NCBI GenBank assembly: GCA_035940195.1
Contig: DASZFC010000044.1
Coordinates: forward strand, 3,267-67,266
Length of the DNA: 64,000 nucleotides
Direction: 5' to 3'
From: Solirubrobacteraceae bacterium
GTDB lineage: Bacteria > Actinomycetota > Thermoleophilia > Solirubrobacterales > Solirubrobacteraceae
The translations under genes and the position numbers were made by a program. Numbering within the stretch: the first letter of the stretch is position 1; each line of letters opens with the position of its first letter. The notes below the pieces were generated by a model. It was not told the origin of the DNA. It saw only the letters and a program-made list of their open reading frames with translations, and did not search any database. Of the stretch, positions 47,705-57,816 are shown one piece after another.

Positions 47705-48719
47705 GCTGACGCTGCTCGTGACGCTCTAGCGCCAGCCGGCAGAGGCGGTCCAGCAGCTCTGGGTAGGAGATCCCCGAAGCAGCCATCAGCTTCGGGTACA
47801 CGCTCGTCGGGGTGAAGCCCGGCATCGTGTTCAGCTCGTTCACCAGCACCTCCTCCCCGTCGACGAAGAAGTCCACCCGCGCCAGCCCCTCGCAGCCAGC
47901 GCGTTCAAACGCCTCCACCGCGAGCTCCTTTACCCGCTCGCGCGCGCTCGCGGTAATGCGCGCGGGTATCTTCAGCTCCATCCCTCCCGGGGTGTACTTG
48001 GCCGCGTAGTCGTAGAATTCCCCGGCGAACGTGATCTCGCCTGGCTCTGAGGCCAGCGCCAGCCCGGCGCCCGAAGCCTGTTCGGCACCTGAGTGGCCGA
48101 GCACGCCGCACTCGACCTCGACACCCCGGGCCAGTGCCTCGACGATCACCAATGGGTCGTATGTGAAGGCGACCTCGATTGCTGGGATGAGCTCGTCGCG
48201 CGCGGTCATCTTCGCGATCCCGACCGAGGAGCCGAGATGCGCAGGCTTTACAAATACCGGCAGCCCGAGCGAGTCGATTTCCCGCAGCACCTCCTGCTTG
48301 GCGCTCTGCCAGCGCTGCACTCGCACCCCCAGATAGTCAACCTGGGGCGTGTTGGTGCTGGACATCAGCTGCTTGAAGAGCACCTTGTCGAGGCACACCG
48401 CGGACGCGGCCACGCCAGCCCCCACATAGGGGACATCGAGCATCTCGAGCAGCCCCTGCACCGTACCGTCCTCGCCGAACGGTCCGTGCAGCGCACCGAA
48501 CACAACGTCCGCCCCGAGCAGGCCCTCGCCCGGGCACAGGCTCAACCGCTCCCCCTCGTGCTGCCAGGCGCCGTCGCGTTCGATCTGCACCCACAGCACC
48601 TCGTGCCCGGCCGCCTGCAAGCCCTCGCGCACCGCACACCCCGAGGACAGCGATACCTCGTGCTCGGACGAGCGCCCTCCGGCGAGCACCGCCACCCTCA
48701 GCGGCTGTGTCTCGCTCAC
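47688..48719 (-). CDS. ddl: D-alanine--D-alanine ligase
   Basis: GGRSSEHEVS, LHGPFGEDG, GSSVG, FYDYAAKY, NELNTMPGFT. Confidence 0.96.
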   Translation of the reverse strand: MSETQPLRVAVLAGGRSSEHEVSLSSGCAVREGLQAAGHEVLWVQIERDGAWQHEGERLSLCPGEGLLGADVVFGALHGPFGEDGTVQGLLEMLDVPYVGAGVAASAVCLDKVLFKQLMSSTNTPQVDYLGVRVQRWQSAKQEVLREIDSLGLPVFVKPAHLGSSVGIAKMTARDELIPAIEVAFTYDPLVIVEALARGVEVECGVLGHSGAEQASGAGLALASEPGEITFAGEFYDYAAKYTPGGMELKIPARITASARERVKELAVEAFERAGCEGLARVDFFVDGEEVLVNELNTMPGFTPTSVYPKLMAASGISYPELLDRLCRLALERHEQRQLSETA

Positions 48720-50743
48720 GGGTGGGGGGTGGGGGCCGGTGTAAGGGGCGGTGTGGCGGGGGGTGTCGCTGGCGCAGTGGTGCTCGGGGTCGTCGTGGGT
48801 GTGGTCGTCGGGGTGGTTGGCGTCGTTTCGGCCGTCATGCCGATCGTGATCGTCACCGTGGCGCCCTTGCGAGCGTTGGAGCCAGCGGGCGGGCTCTGCT
48901 TCAGGACATGCCCGACTTTCGCCGCCTCGCTCACCGGTTCGGTAACCGTATTGACGGTGAAGCCCGCTTTTTCAAGCGCGGCCGTGGCGGCCACTTCGGT
49001 CTTGCCTTCGACGTGCGGAACGGCTACTTCCTTTGGCGCCTGTGCCACCACCAGGTTCACCTTCCCGCCTGTAGGCAATGTGCCGGGCGCCGCCGGCGAC
49101 TGTGACAGCACGGTGTCCGCGGTCTGGGAGGCCGAGACCTGATGGGTAACCGTCCCGGCCGTCAGTCCCGCACTCGTGAGCGCCGCTTCGGCGGCCGGAA
49201 GCGACTGGCCGGTCACGTTCGGCACATGCACCTGGGCGGGGCCGCTGGAGACGAACACGGTGACAGGACTGCCCACTCCCAGCACGAGCCCGGCGGACGG
49301 GTCTGTCGAGATCACGTGGCCCTGCGCGATCTTGGCGCTTGACTGTTCCTGCGTGGCCGGCTTGAAGCCAGCCGCTCGCAGCTTGCTCATGGCCTTCGCG
49401 GCAGTGAGGCCTTCAACGGCTGGCAGCTTCGCGGTGCCGGGGCCAGCGGAGACCAAGATGCTCACGCGGGCCCCCTTCCCCACTTCGCGCCCGCCCGGCG
49501 GCGTCTGGCTGACGACCAAACCGCTTGCGACGCTGGTGCTCGCGGTGCTCGTGGCCGCCGGGTTCAGGTTCGCGCCTCTCAGCCGTGTCAGTGCGGCCGC
49601 TTCAGTCTGACCGACAACATTCGGCACCTTCACGCGACCTGGAGAGGAGAGCAGCAGTCCGAGCGCCACCAGCGCAGCGAGCAGCAGCGCAGCGCTTGCC
49701 CACAACAGCCAGCGCCGAAGGCGATCATGCTGCTCGGAGCGCCGCCCACCCCTACCGTTCTCAGCGCCGAAATCTCCGGCCGGTGGCAGCAGTAGCGCAC
49801 CGGACTCCGGCAGCGTCACACCCACGCTGGGGCTCATGGCTGGCGGAGCTCCGTACGGCCCGCCGGTGGCGAGGACCGTGTCGGCAATGGCGCCCGCGAC
49901 GACGCTACCAGCGCCGGCAGGGAGTCCCTGGCGTGCCTGCTGGAGCGCCACGATGAACTCCTCGGCATCGGCGAAACGCCGTGCCGGGTCCTTGGCGAGC
50001 GCGCGCAGGACGACCGCGTCCAACGCTGGCGGCACGGCCGGGTTGAGCTCGCTGGCCGGGCGCGGCTGCGCGGAGACCTGCTTGAACGCGATCGCCACCG
50101 CCGTCTCGCCGTCAAACGGAACGGCGCCCGTCAGCAACTCGTAAAGGATCACACCGATCGAGTAGAGGTCTGATGCGCCGCTGACGATGTGGCCCTGCGC
50201 CTGCTCCGGCGAGAGGTACTGCGCGGTGCCCATGATCGAACCGGTCAGCGTCATATCCGAGGCGCCCGCACGGGCGATGCCAAAGTCCGTCACGCGCGCG
50301 CGTCCCTCCTCGTCGAGAATCACGTTGTGGGGCTTCAAATCGCGGTGGATGACCGCGCGCTTGTGCGCAAAGCGCGCGGCGCGCAGGATCTGCGTGACGA
50401 TGTCGATTGCCGTAGCCGGATCGAGTGCCCCCTGTTCGCGCACGACCGTCTTAAGTGAGCGCCCGGCTACGTACTCCATCGCGATGTAATACGTCCCGTT
50501 CCACTCGCCGCGGTCGAAGATTCCGACGATATTTGGGTGCGACAGCCCGGCGGCGCTCGAGGCCTCGCGGCGGAAGCGCTCGACGAACTCCTGGTCTTCG
50601 GCGAAGTGATGGTGCAGAACCTTCACCGCCAGCTGCCTGCCGAGCAGCTGGTCCTCGGCGAGGTACACGTCGGCCATGCCCCCCGAGCCCAGGCGCGAGA
50701 TCACCCGGTAGCGCCCGTCGATGATCGTCTCTGGCTCAATCAT
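48716..50743 (-). CDS. pknB: PASTA-domain Ser/Thr kinase PknB
   Basis: GSGGMADV, HRDLKPHN, GTAQYLSPEQ, TM, four PASTA repeats. Confidence 0.95.
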   Translation of the reverse strand: MIEPETIIDGRYRVISRLGSGGMADVYLAEDQLLGRQLAVKVLHHHFAEDQEFVERFRREASSAAGLSHPNIVGIFDRGEWNGTYYIAMEYVAGRSLKTVVREQGALDPATAIDIVTQILRAARFAHKRAVIHRDLKPHNVILDEEGRARVTDFGIARAGASDMTLTGSIMGTAQYLSPEQAQGHIVSGASDLYSIGVILYELLTGAVPFDGETAVAIAFKQVSAQPRPASELNPAVPPALDAVVLRALAKDPARRFADAEEFIVALQQARQGLPAGAGSVVAGAIADTVLATGGPYGAPPAMSPSVGVTLPESGALLLPPAGDFGAENGRGGRRSEQHDRLRRWLLWASAALLLAALVALGLLLSSPGRVKVPNVVGQTEAAALTRLRGANLNPAATSTASTSVASGLVVSQTPPGGREVGKGARVSILVSAGPGTAKLPAVEGLTAAKAMSKLRAAGFKPATQEQSSAKIAQGHVISTDPSAGLVLGVGSPVTVFVSSGPAQVHVPNVTGQSLPAAEAALTSAGLTAGTVTHQVSASQTADTVLSQSPAAPGTLPTGGKVNLVVAQAPKEVAVPHVEGKTEVAATAALEKAGFTVNTVTEPVSEAAKVGHVLKQSPPAGSNARKGATVTITIGMTAETTPTTPTTTPTTTPSTTAPATPPATPPLTPAPTPHP

Positions 50744-52197
50744 GGCGCGGACCTCAGCAGCACTTCCATCACCTGTCTGGCGACCGGTGCGGCGAACGAC
50801 GCGCCCTGACCCGGGACATGTTCGAGGGTCACGGCAATCGCCACTCGCGGATTCGTTGCCGGCGCGAACGCGATGAACCACACATTGTTGATCGCGGCGC
50901 CGATCTGTGTCTCGGCTGTGCCGGTCTTGCCCGCCACCTGTACGCCGGGGATCTGTGCCTGGGTACCTGTGCCTTCACTTACCACCGCCTCCATCATGCT
51001 CGTCACGGCAGCCGCGGTCGAGGGCTTCATCACGACCGACTGCACACGCGCGGAGATCTGCTGGACGGTGCGCCCGTCGGGATCGATGATGCGTTCGGTC
51101 AGGTGCGGCACCATCAACCGCCCATGATTGGCCACGGCAGCCGCGACCTCCGCCATCTGCAGCGGGATCACCTCCAGTTTGTCCTGACCGATCCCCAGGC
51201 GCCCTACATCCACGCGCTGGCTGGTGGGGGGCAGGATCTTCCCTTGGCGGTACTCGCCGCTCGAGGACATTTGAGTGGCCGGGTAATCGAGCTGCGGCTT
51301 GTGGCCGAAGCCGAAGCGGTTCATATAGCGCGCCATCGTCTGCTTGCCCAGCTTCACGGCCACCTGCGCCCACACTGTGTTGACCGATTTCGCGAGCGCT
51401 TCGGTGAGGCTGAGCTGGCCGAGGCTCTCGCCGTTGTCATTGCCCAGGGGGACGCCTGAGATGATCACACCGTTGCGCCCGCTCAGCGTGGACTGTGCAG
51501 TGAACTGTCCCGTATCGATCGCCGCGGTGGCCGTCACCACCTTGAAGGTCGAGCCCGGGGCATAGCCGAACTGGGTGGCACGGTTGACCAGCGGCCTGCC
51601 CTGTGTATCGGTGGTGAGCTTTTCATACGCGCCCCGTACAGGCAGCTTGTTCGGGTCAAAGCTGGGCGTCGAGGCCATCACCTTGACCGCACCGTTGCGC
51701 GGATCCAGGGCGACCACCGCCCCGTGATGTTCTCCCAGTGCGCTGATCGCTGCCTGCTGGGCTTTTGGGTCGAGCGTGGTCAGGACTTCGTCGCCCTGCG
51801 GGCGCTTGCCCTGCAGCTGGTCGAGGATGCTCTGCAGGTTCGTGCCGGTCTGGCCGTTCAGCGCGGCGTTGCGGGTGCTCTCGAGCCCGGTCTGGCCCAG
51901 GTCGGGGCTGATGAAGGAGAAGCCGATTGCGTGGGCAAACTCTTCGCCCTTTGGATATGACCGCTGATAGGTCCTCCCCGGGCCTGCCACACTGTGCGCA
52001 AGCACTGTGCCATCCGCGGCGAGGATCCTCCCCCGGGCAATGCGTTCCTGCTGGAGCAGCGCGCGGGCGTTCAGCGGGTTGCTGCGTAACGAGGAGGCTT
52101 CGAAGATCGTCCAGCGCGAGGTGAACGCGACGAGCAGTGCGAACAGCAGGACGACGAGCCCATACAGGCGGACGATCGGACGGTTCACTGCGGCCAC
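50740..52197 (-). CDS. pbpA: Class B penicillin-binding protein PbpA
   Basis: PGSTFK (SxxK), SVN (SxN), KTGT. Confidence 0.93.
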   Translation of the reverse strand: MAAVNRPIVRLYGLVVLLFALLVAFTSRWTIFEASSLRSNPLNARALLQQERIARGRILAADGTVLAHSVAGPGRTYQRSYPKGEEFAHAIGFSFISPDLGQTGLESTRNAALNGQTGTNLQSILDQLQGKRPQGDEVLTTLDPKAQQAAISALGEHHGAVVALDPRNGAVKVMASTPSFDPNKLPVRGAYEKLTTDTQGRPLVNRATQFGYAPGSTFKVVTATAAIDTGQFTAQSTLSGRNGVIISGVPLGNDNGESLGQLSLTEALAKSVNTVWAQVAVKLGKQTMARYMNRFGFGHKPQLDYPATQMSSSGEYRQGKILPPTSQRVDVGRLGIGQDKLEVIPLQMAEVAAAVANHGRLMVPHLTERIIDPDGRTVQQISARVQSVVMKPSTAAAVTSMMEAVVSEGTGTQAQIPGVQVAGKTGTAETQIGAAINNVWFIAFAPATNPRVAIAVTLEHVPGQGASFAAPVARQVMEVLLRSAP

Positions 52198-52198
52198 C

Positions 52199-53425
52199 TC
52201 ATTCGAGCTGTCCCAGTTCGAGGCTGTGCATCAGGCCTCTCGCGTCGCCTTCCGAGCGCAGCGTTTGATCGAGCAACGTCCGTCGCCGCGCGGGACTCAG
52301 CGTCGAAGCGCTCACCCCGGAGACGAAACTCTTGCTGTAAAGCTTCACCCCGCCGGGGAGTTCATAGGGAAAGCCGTTGAACAGCGTCACCAGGCCACGG
52401 CTGTTCGTGCCGATGAAGTAGACCGACTGCGAGGCCACATAGGCCCCCACGCCAAGGACAGCCAGCACCCCGGCCACGACCGCCGCAGTGCCGGCGCGCC
52501 GCAGGCGTCTGGAGCGCCGGGCGACAGGCGGGGTACCCAGCGGCGGGCGGCGTGGCTCCAGGGGACTGATCGCTCTGGGCGTCTCGGTCACGGAGGCGTC
52601 CGCCGGCAGGGCCGGGATGCCAGTCAGCGTGACTGGCCCGTCTTGTAATGGAGACCCGCCCGCCCCGCCGCCCGCCCGCCCGCCCGCCCCGCCGCCCGCC
52701 CCGGCCATCTGCACTTCCTCGACACGCAGCAGCACGACCGTGATGTTGTCCCGGCCTCCCGCCTCGTTTGCCGCAGTGATCAGAGCCTCGCCAGCGTCAC
52801 GCAGGCGCGGGTGAGCGAGCAGGATCCCGGCGAGGCGGTCATCGGGGACCATTGTCGTGAGGCCATCGCTGCACAGCAGGTACACGTCGCCGTCGCGAGC
52901 GCGGTAGGAGCGGGTGTCGATCTCCACCTCCGGCTCGGGCCCTAGCGCGCGCGTGATGACCGAGCGCTGGGGATGCTCGATTGCCTCCTCCGCCGTGAGC
53001 TTGCCCTGGCGTATGAGCTCATCGACGAGCGAGTGGTCGTCGGTCAGACGCAGCAGCTCCCCGCCGCGCAGGCAGTAGGCACGGCTGTCGCCGACATGCG
53101 CGATCGCCACCTCCTCGGTGCCCACATACACGGCCGTGAGCGTCGTACCCATACCGGCGTGCTCGGCGTTTGCCTGGGAGAGCTCGTGGATGCTGACGTT
53201 GGCCTGACGCGCATAAGCGGCGAGACTGCCCTCGGCGTCCACCGTATCGGGCAGGCCATCTTGGAAGGACTCGACAGCGAGCCGGGAGGCGACCTCTCCG
53301 GCCTGTGCACCGCCCATGCCGTCCGCCACCACGAACAGCGGCGGGCGGGCGAGCATCGAGTCCTCGTTTGCCCGCCGCTGGCGCCCCGTGTCGGTCCCGG
53401 TGTACTGCTCGGCCACGCGCAGCAT
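52199..53425 (-). CDS. pstP: PP2C Ser/Thr phosphatase PstP/Stp1 with TM
   Basis: NEDS, VADGMGG, HVGDSR, LLCSDGL, GGRDNIT. Confidence 0.95.
   Translation of the reverse strand: MLRVAEQYTGTDTGRQRRANEDSMLARPPLFVVADGMGGAQAGEVASRLAVESFQDGLPDTVDAEGSLAAYARQANVSIHELSQANAEHAGMGTTLTAVYVGTEEVAIAHVGDSRAYCLRGGELLRLTDDHSLVDELIRQGKLTAEEAIEHPQRSVITRALGPEPEVEIDTRSYRARDGDVYLLCSDGLTTMVPDDRLAGILLAHPRLRDAGEALITAANEAGGRDNITVVLLRVEEVQMAGAGGGAGGRAGGGAGGSPLQDGPVTLTGIPALPADASVTETPRAISPLEPRRPPLGTPPVARRSRRLRRAGTAAVVAGVLAVLGVGAYVASQSVYFIGTNSRGLVTLFNGFPYELPGGVKLYSKSFVSGVSASTLSPARRRTLLDQTLRSEGDARGLMHSLELGQLE
52655..52702. repeat. C/G-only (CCCG)n low-complexity tract
   Basis: CCCGCCCGCCCCGCCGCCCGCCCGCCCGCCCGCCCCGCCGCCCGCCCC, encodes the Gly/Ala linker GAGGGAGGRAGGGAGG. 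Confidence 0.85.
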
Positions 53426-53429
53426 CGAC

Positions 53430-53921
53430 TCAGTCCACCTCGAATGTGAATTCGCTGTCGCCGATGCGCACGCGGTCCCCCGGATGCAGTGGCCGGGCGC
53501 TCTGCAGCAGCTCCTCGTTGAGGTAGGTGCCGTTGGTGGAGTGAAGATCCTCGATAGCCACTATGTTGCCCTGCTCGTACACCCGTGCGTGGCGCGAGGA
53601 GGCGAACGGGTCCTCCAGCCGTATCTCCGCGCGCTCGCCGCGGCCGAGCACGATGTCGCCGTCGAGGTCGTAGATCATCCCCGGGTCGTGCCCGGGCGCA
53701 CGCTCCACCACCAGCCTGGGGGCCCGGTGGGCTACGTCGGCGCTGGCGATGCTCGACGCCGAATAGAGCCCGGTCGCATCGGCCGGAATTGCGCCCGGAG
53801 CTGTGGGAGCTGCACCGCGCAGGTCCTTCAGCGCGCTGCGCGCAACCCACAGCAAGAACAGGTAGAGCACGGCGAGGAAGCCGAACTTCAGCGCCACGGA
53901 TACGGGTTCGAGCGTGGTCAT
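53430..53921 (-). CDS. fhaB: FHA-domain membrane protein FhaB/FipA
   Basis: N-terminal TM, LGR..SSRHA..STNGT. Confidence 0.9.
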   Translation of the reverse strand: MTTLEPVSVALKFGFLAVLYLFLLWVARSALKDLRGAAPTAPGAIPADATGLYSASSIASADVAHRAPRLVVERAPGHDPGMIYDLDGDIVLGRGERAEIRLEDPFASSRHARVYEQGNIVAIEDLHSTNGTYLNEELLQSARPLHPGDRVRIGDSEFTFEVD

Positions 53922-54703
53922 CCGAGCTCGAAGGTGATCTCTGTGGAGCCGATCTCGATGCGATCCCCCGGGCGCAAAGGCTGCAGAGGTGCAACCGGGC
54001 GCCCGTTGACGAGCACGCCATTGGTGGAGCCGAGGTCCTGGAGCGTCCAGCCTTCGTCGTGTGGGCGGATCTCGGCGTGCCGGCGAGAGGCGCCGGCATC
54101 GTCCAGGACGACGTCACAGGCACGGCTGCGCCCGATCGTGGCGCCTCCGGGCGGAACGATCAAGCGCCGCCCGGAGACCGCGAGCAGCGCGCGAGCAGCG
54201 CGCCGCGCATGGACTGGCTCCAAGGCCTCACGGGTACGCGCCGATGTGCTGTAGATCATCGTCTGTCCATGTTCTTCATCTTGGAGAACATCAGCCGGTG
54301 CAGGTGGGTGGGAGCGCTCGTCGCTTTGCTCCTCGTGGCGGATCAGCTGCGCCTGGATACCGAATTCCCCGAGCGCCAGTTGCTCGTCGGTGTGGAACCA
54401 GACCAGTGGCGGTGAGGCGAGAATGAGCTCCTCGCGGCGTGCATGCTCGAGCAGGTAGCCGCAGAGCTCGTCGATCACCTCGTGCTCGACACCCTCGTAA
54501 CGAGCGCGGTCCTGCGGCGAGAGCCACACCGAGTACTCGTTCGGCGCGTACACCCGCGACACCGACGTCGTGCGGTGCTCGTCCATCTCGCGCGCGAGCT
54601 TGCGCGCGAGCTCCATCGGGCGTACCTCGGAGCGAAACAGGCGCCCGAAGGAGCCCTCGACGAGGTTAGCGATGGTGGTCTCGACGTTCTTCAGGAGGCT
54701 CAT
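53918..54703 (-). CDS. fhaA: DUF3662 + FHA protein FhaA
   Basis: VRPMELARKLAREM..APNEY (DUF3662), IGR..SRRHA..STNG. Confidence 0.92.
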   Translation of the reverse strand: MSLLKNVETTIANLVEGSFGRLFRSEVRPMELARKLAREMDEHRTTSVSRVYAPNEYSVWLSPQDRARYEGVEHEVIDELCGYLLEHARREELILASPPLVWFHTDEQLALGEFGIQAQLIRHEEQSDERSHPPAPADVLQDEEHGQTMIYSTSARTREALEPVHARRAARALLAVSGRRLIVPPGGATIGRSRACDVVLDDAGASRRHAEIRPHDEGWTLQDLGSTNGVLVNGRPVAPLQPLRPGDRIEIGSTEITFELG

Positions 54704-54760
54704 GGCAAGGGATGACCGGCGCTCGCAGCGGGCGTGGTCCCCCACTTTAAGGGGCCGCGG

Positions 54761-56458
54761 TCAGACTGGGCCGCGCAGGGCCCGGGCAGCCACGGCCAAC
54801 AGGCCCCCGAGGACCGCTCCGAGTACGGCGCCGCGGGGATTGGGGTACCCAATCCCATGAGCGGACAGGCCGCTGTCAAGCGCAGGCGCAGCGGCGGCGA
54901 TCGCGGCTGACCAGCTGGTGGCCGCCACCACGTCGAGCGCCGCGCTGCGGCCACGCACGATCCAGGGCAACAGCGCAGAGCCCACCGCCCACAACGTTGC
55001 CCCGAGCAGCAAACCAAGGCTCAGCATGGGCGCAATCACGTGCACGGCTGCGCTGCTCAGCGACCCCTCCCACACGGCGCGCGCAGGCGTACCCGGTGAG
55101 GGACCGAGCCATAGATGCCTACCTGCCAGCGGCTCGGCCAGCGTCATCCACCAGTAGCCGAGCGCGCCGAGGGCTGCGCGCTGGAGCCAGCGCGATGCCT
55201 GTCCGGCAACGGCGGGGAACGCCCCGGCCAGGCCGGCCAGGCCGAGCACCGGTGCAAGCGCGCCTGCCAGCCAGCCTAGCCCGCTGCGGCGCGGCAGCAG
55301 CGCCAGCGGAACGGCGCCGGCCAGCAACAACAACGCTGCACCGGGACGCCCGGCCCACACTTGCCAAACGACTGCCGCCAGCGCGCCGCCCACCCATACC
55401 ACCCGCGGCAGCGCGATATGACTCCGCGCCGGCGCTTGCTGAACATCCGGGCTCGCCTCGGGTATCGGATCCGGTCCTACCGTCGCCGTGCGTCGCCGTG
55501 CGGAAAGCCCGCGCCCCAAGCCCTGTTCGAGGGCGTACTCGAACTCGTCGTGCAGTTCAGCCAGGGTGCCGCGGCGGCGCGGATCCGGATCGAGTGCCGC
55601 ATCTAGGGCACGGGTCAACTCGCGGGGAAGATCGCCGCGACGGCGCTCGAGCGGCTCAATCGGAGCACCGATCCGCCGCGCCGTGTCCGCTGGCGTCGAT
55701 CCCCGCACGGGATTTACGCCAGCGAGCGCCTCATACATAACGAGCGCAAGCGCGTACAGGTCGGCGGGCTCGGCGGCCTGCTTTCCCTCGCTCTGCTCGG
55801 GTGCCATGTAGGCGAGCGTGCCAAGCACATCTCCGGTGCGCGTGAGCGCGTCTTCGCCGGTGAGCCTCGCGCCACCGAAATCGGTCAGCTTCGCCACTCC
55901 GCCGCGCTCGCTGGGACTGTGGGGCACAAGCACGTTCTGCGGCTTGACGTCGCGATGGATCACACCGCGCGCATGTGCATGAGCGAGCGCGTCGGTCAGC
56001 GCGAGTCCGATCTGCAGCACCTCCTCGTCCTCGAGCGTGCCAGCGGCGATCAGGCAGGCGAGCGTCTCGCCGTGCACCAGCTCGGAGATCAGGTAGAACT
56101 CATCCTCCGCCGCACACGCCTCATACAGGGCGACGATCGCCGGGTGCGCCAAGCGGGCACTCGCAAGCGCCTCGCGGGTGGCGCGCTCGCTGTCGATCGG
56201 ACCCCCACCCGCCCCTAGGAAGACCCGCTTGAGCGCAACCTCGCGGTGCAGCAGCTCATCGTGCGCGCGCCACACCACCCCGAAGCCACCGGCCCCGAGA
56301 CGCTCCAGTAGGCGGTAGCGGCCGAGCACGAGCTCCTCGTCACCGGACTGCGCAGCGCCGGGACCTGCGGCAGGGGAAACGATACGCCGGCGGGGGCGCT
56401 TGCGCGGGGGAGAATCGCCCCCTGACCGGGCGTGGACGAGGGTGTCGAGCGATTCCAC
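54761..56458 (-). CDS. Hanks-type Ser/Thr kinase with multi-TM C-terminus
   Basis: GAGGFGVV, VALK, HRDVKPQN, DFG, APE, then several hydrophobic helices. Confidence 0.9.
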   Translation of the reverse strand: MESLDTLVHARSGGDSPPRKRPRRRIVSPAAGPGAAQSGDEELVLGRYRLLERLGAGGFGVVWRAHDELLHREVALKRVFLGAGGGPIDSERATREALASARLAHPAIVALYEACAAEDEFYLISELVHGETLACLIAAGTLEDEEVLQIGLALTDALAHAHARGVIHRDVKPQNVLVPHSPSERGGVAKLTDFGGARLTGEDALTRTGDVLGTLAYMAPEQSEGKQAAEPADLYALALVMYEALAGVNPVRGSTPADTARRIGAPIEPLERRRGDLPRELTRALDAALDPDPRRRGTLAELHDEFEYALEQGLGRGLSARRRTATVGPDPIPEASPDVQQAPARSHIALPRVVWVGGALAAVVWQVWAGRPGAALLLLAGAVPLALLPRRSGLGWLAGALAPVLGLAGLAGAFPAVAGQASRWLQRAALGALGYWWMTLAEPLAGRHLWLGPSPGTPARAVWEGSLSSAAVHVIAPMLSLGLLLGATLWAVGSALLPWIVRGRSAALDVVAATSWSAAIAAAAPALDSGLSAHGIGYPNPRGAVLGAVLGGLLAVAARALRGPV

Positions 56459-56612
56459 CGACTCCTGCGTTCGCTGCCTGCAGGCCCCCTCCCTGCCTCC
56501 CTCGGCAGGAAAAACCGCACTGACCGAGAAGTTGCAGGATCACGGGGGGCTGGCCGGCAGTTATCTCGGCAGTCATACTTGAGCCTTCCCGAATCCCCTG
56601 CAAAAGGAGCGG

Positions 56613-57737
56613 TTGGCTTTGTCGTTCTTCGACGATGGCGAGGAGACAGCATCGCGGCCAAAGGCTCGAGTGCCGCGTACGCCGGCGCAACCGCGGCCGC
56701 GCCGTGCCCAGCACAGTGAGGGATCGCTCCCGCTCGACCAGCACACGCTGATGATCCGCCGGCGCGTGGCGGCCGGCGCCGGCGTCGTGCTGCTGATCGT
56801 GATCGTGCTGATCGTGAACGGCTGCTTGAAAAGCCAGCAAAAACAGGCCCTGGAAAGCTACAACCGGGATGTCAGCCGGATCGCACAGGAGTCCGAACAG
56901 CAGGTCTCCCAACCGTTCTTTACGGCGCTCGCCAGCGCCAGCTCGAAGTCAGCGTTAGATGTTGAGGTTCAGCTCGACCAGCTGCATATCCAGGCCCAAG
57001 GCCTCACCGCCAGCGCGAAAAGCCTGAGCGTGCCCGGCGCGATGACCGCCGCCCAGCGTGACCTGCTGCTGGTGCTCGACCTGCGCACCGAAGGTCTCGC
57101 CAAGGTGACGAGCCTCGTGCGCACCGCGCTCGGCGGGCAGGCCAAGCAGGCGAACACGCCCATCGCAGGCGATATGGAGATCTTCCTGGCCTCTGACGTG
57201 ATCTATTCCCAGCGTGTCGTGCCGCTGATCGGACAGACGCTCGCGGCCAACGGCATTCATAGCCTGAGCACCGCCTCCAGCCGCTTCCTCCCCAACACTG
57301 GCTGGCTCGACGCAACGACAGTCCTCGCGCGCCTCACCGGCCAGTCAGCCAGCCAGAGCTCCCAGGCCGTCACCGGCAACCATGGCAGCGCGCTGAAGGG
57401 AGTGGCCGTGGGTACGAACACGCTCGCCCCGGAACCCACACTCAACCACGTCTCGGGCGGCGGCAGTCCGGCCTTCACCGTCCAGGTCGAAAACTCCGGC
57501 GAATCCCCTGAGACGAACGTCAAGGTCGACATAACGATCACCGCCGGAGGCAAACAGTTCAAGGCTTCCAAGGCGATCACGCAGACCGAACCCGGCAAGA
57601 CGGTCCCCGTCGACATCCCCGTCACCGGTGTACCGCTCGCTGTAGCCTCGAAGATCCAGGTGAACATCGAGGGAGTGCCGGGGGAGAACGACCTCGAAAA
57701 CAACAAGGGCACGTTCCTGGCGATCTTTGGAGCGTAG
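56613..57737 (+). CDS. Membrane-anchored protein with C-terminal CARDB-like Ig domain
   Basis: AAAGGAG then TTG. One TM, helical region, VQVENSG..GENDLENN. Confidence 0.8.
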   Translation: MALSFFDDGEETASRPKARVPRTPAQPRPRRAQHSEGSLPLDQHTLMIRRRVAAGAGVVLLIVIVLIVNGCLKSQQKQALESYNRDVSRIAQESEQQVSQPFFTALASASSKSALDVEVQLDQLHIQAQGLTASAKSLSVPGAMTAAQRDLLLVLDLRTEGLAKVTSLVRTALGGQAKQANTPIAGDMEIFLASDVIYSQRVVPLIGQTLAANGIHSLSTASSRFLPNTGWLDATTVLARLTGQSASQSSQAVTGNHGSALKGVAVGTNTLAPEPTLNHVSGGGSPAFTVQVENSGESPETNVKVDITITAGGKQFKASKAITQTEPGKTVPVDIPVTGVPLAVASKIQVNIEGVPGENDLENNKGTFLAIFGA

Positions 57738-57816
57738 GCCAGCCGGAGATCGCCGGCTGGCTCGGGCGGGTGGGGTTTCCATCGAGCGGGTTTCCATACA
57801 TAAGAGCGGCTAAGTT

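Noticed and set aside
47688-48719. Van-type D-Ala-D-Lac ligase
   Set aside because: The omega-loop FYDYAAKY is the D-Ala-D-Ala type and no van genes are nearby.
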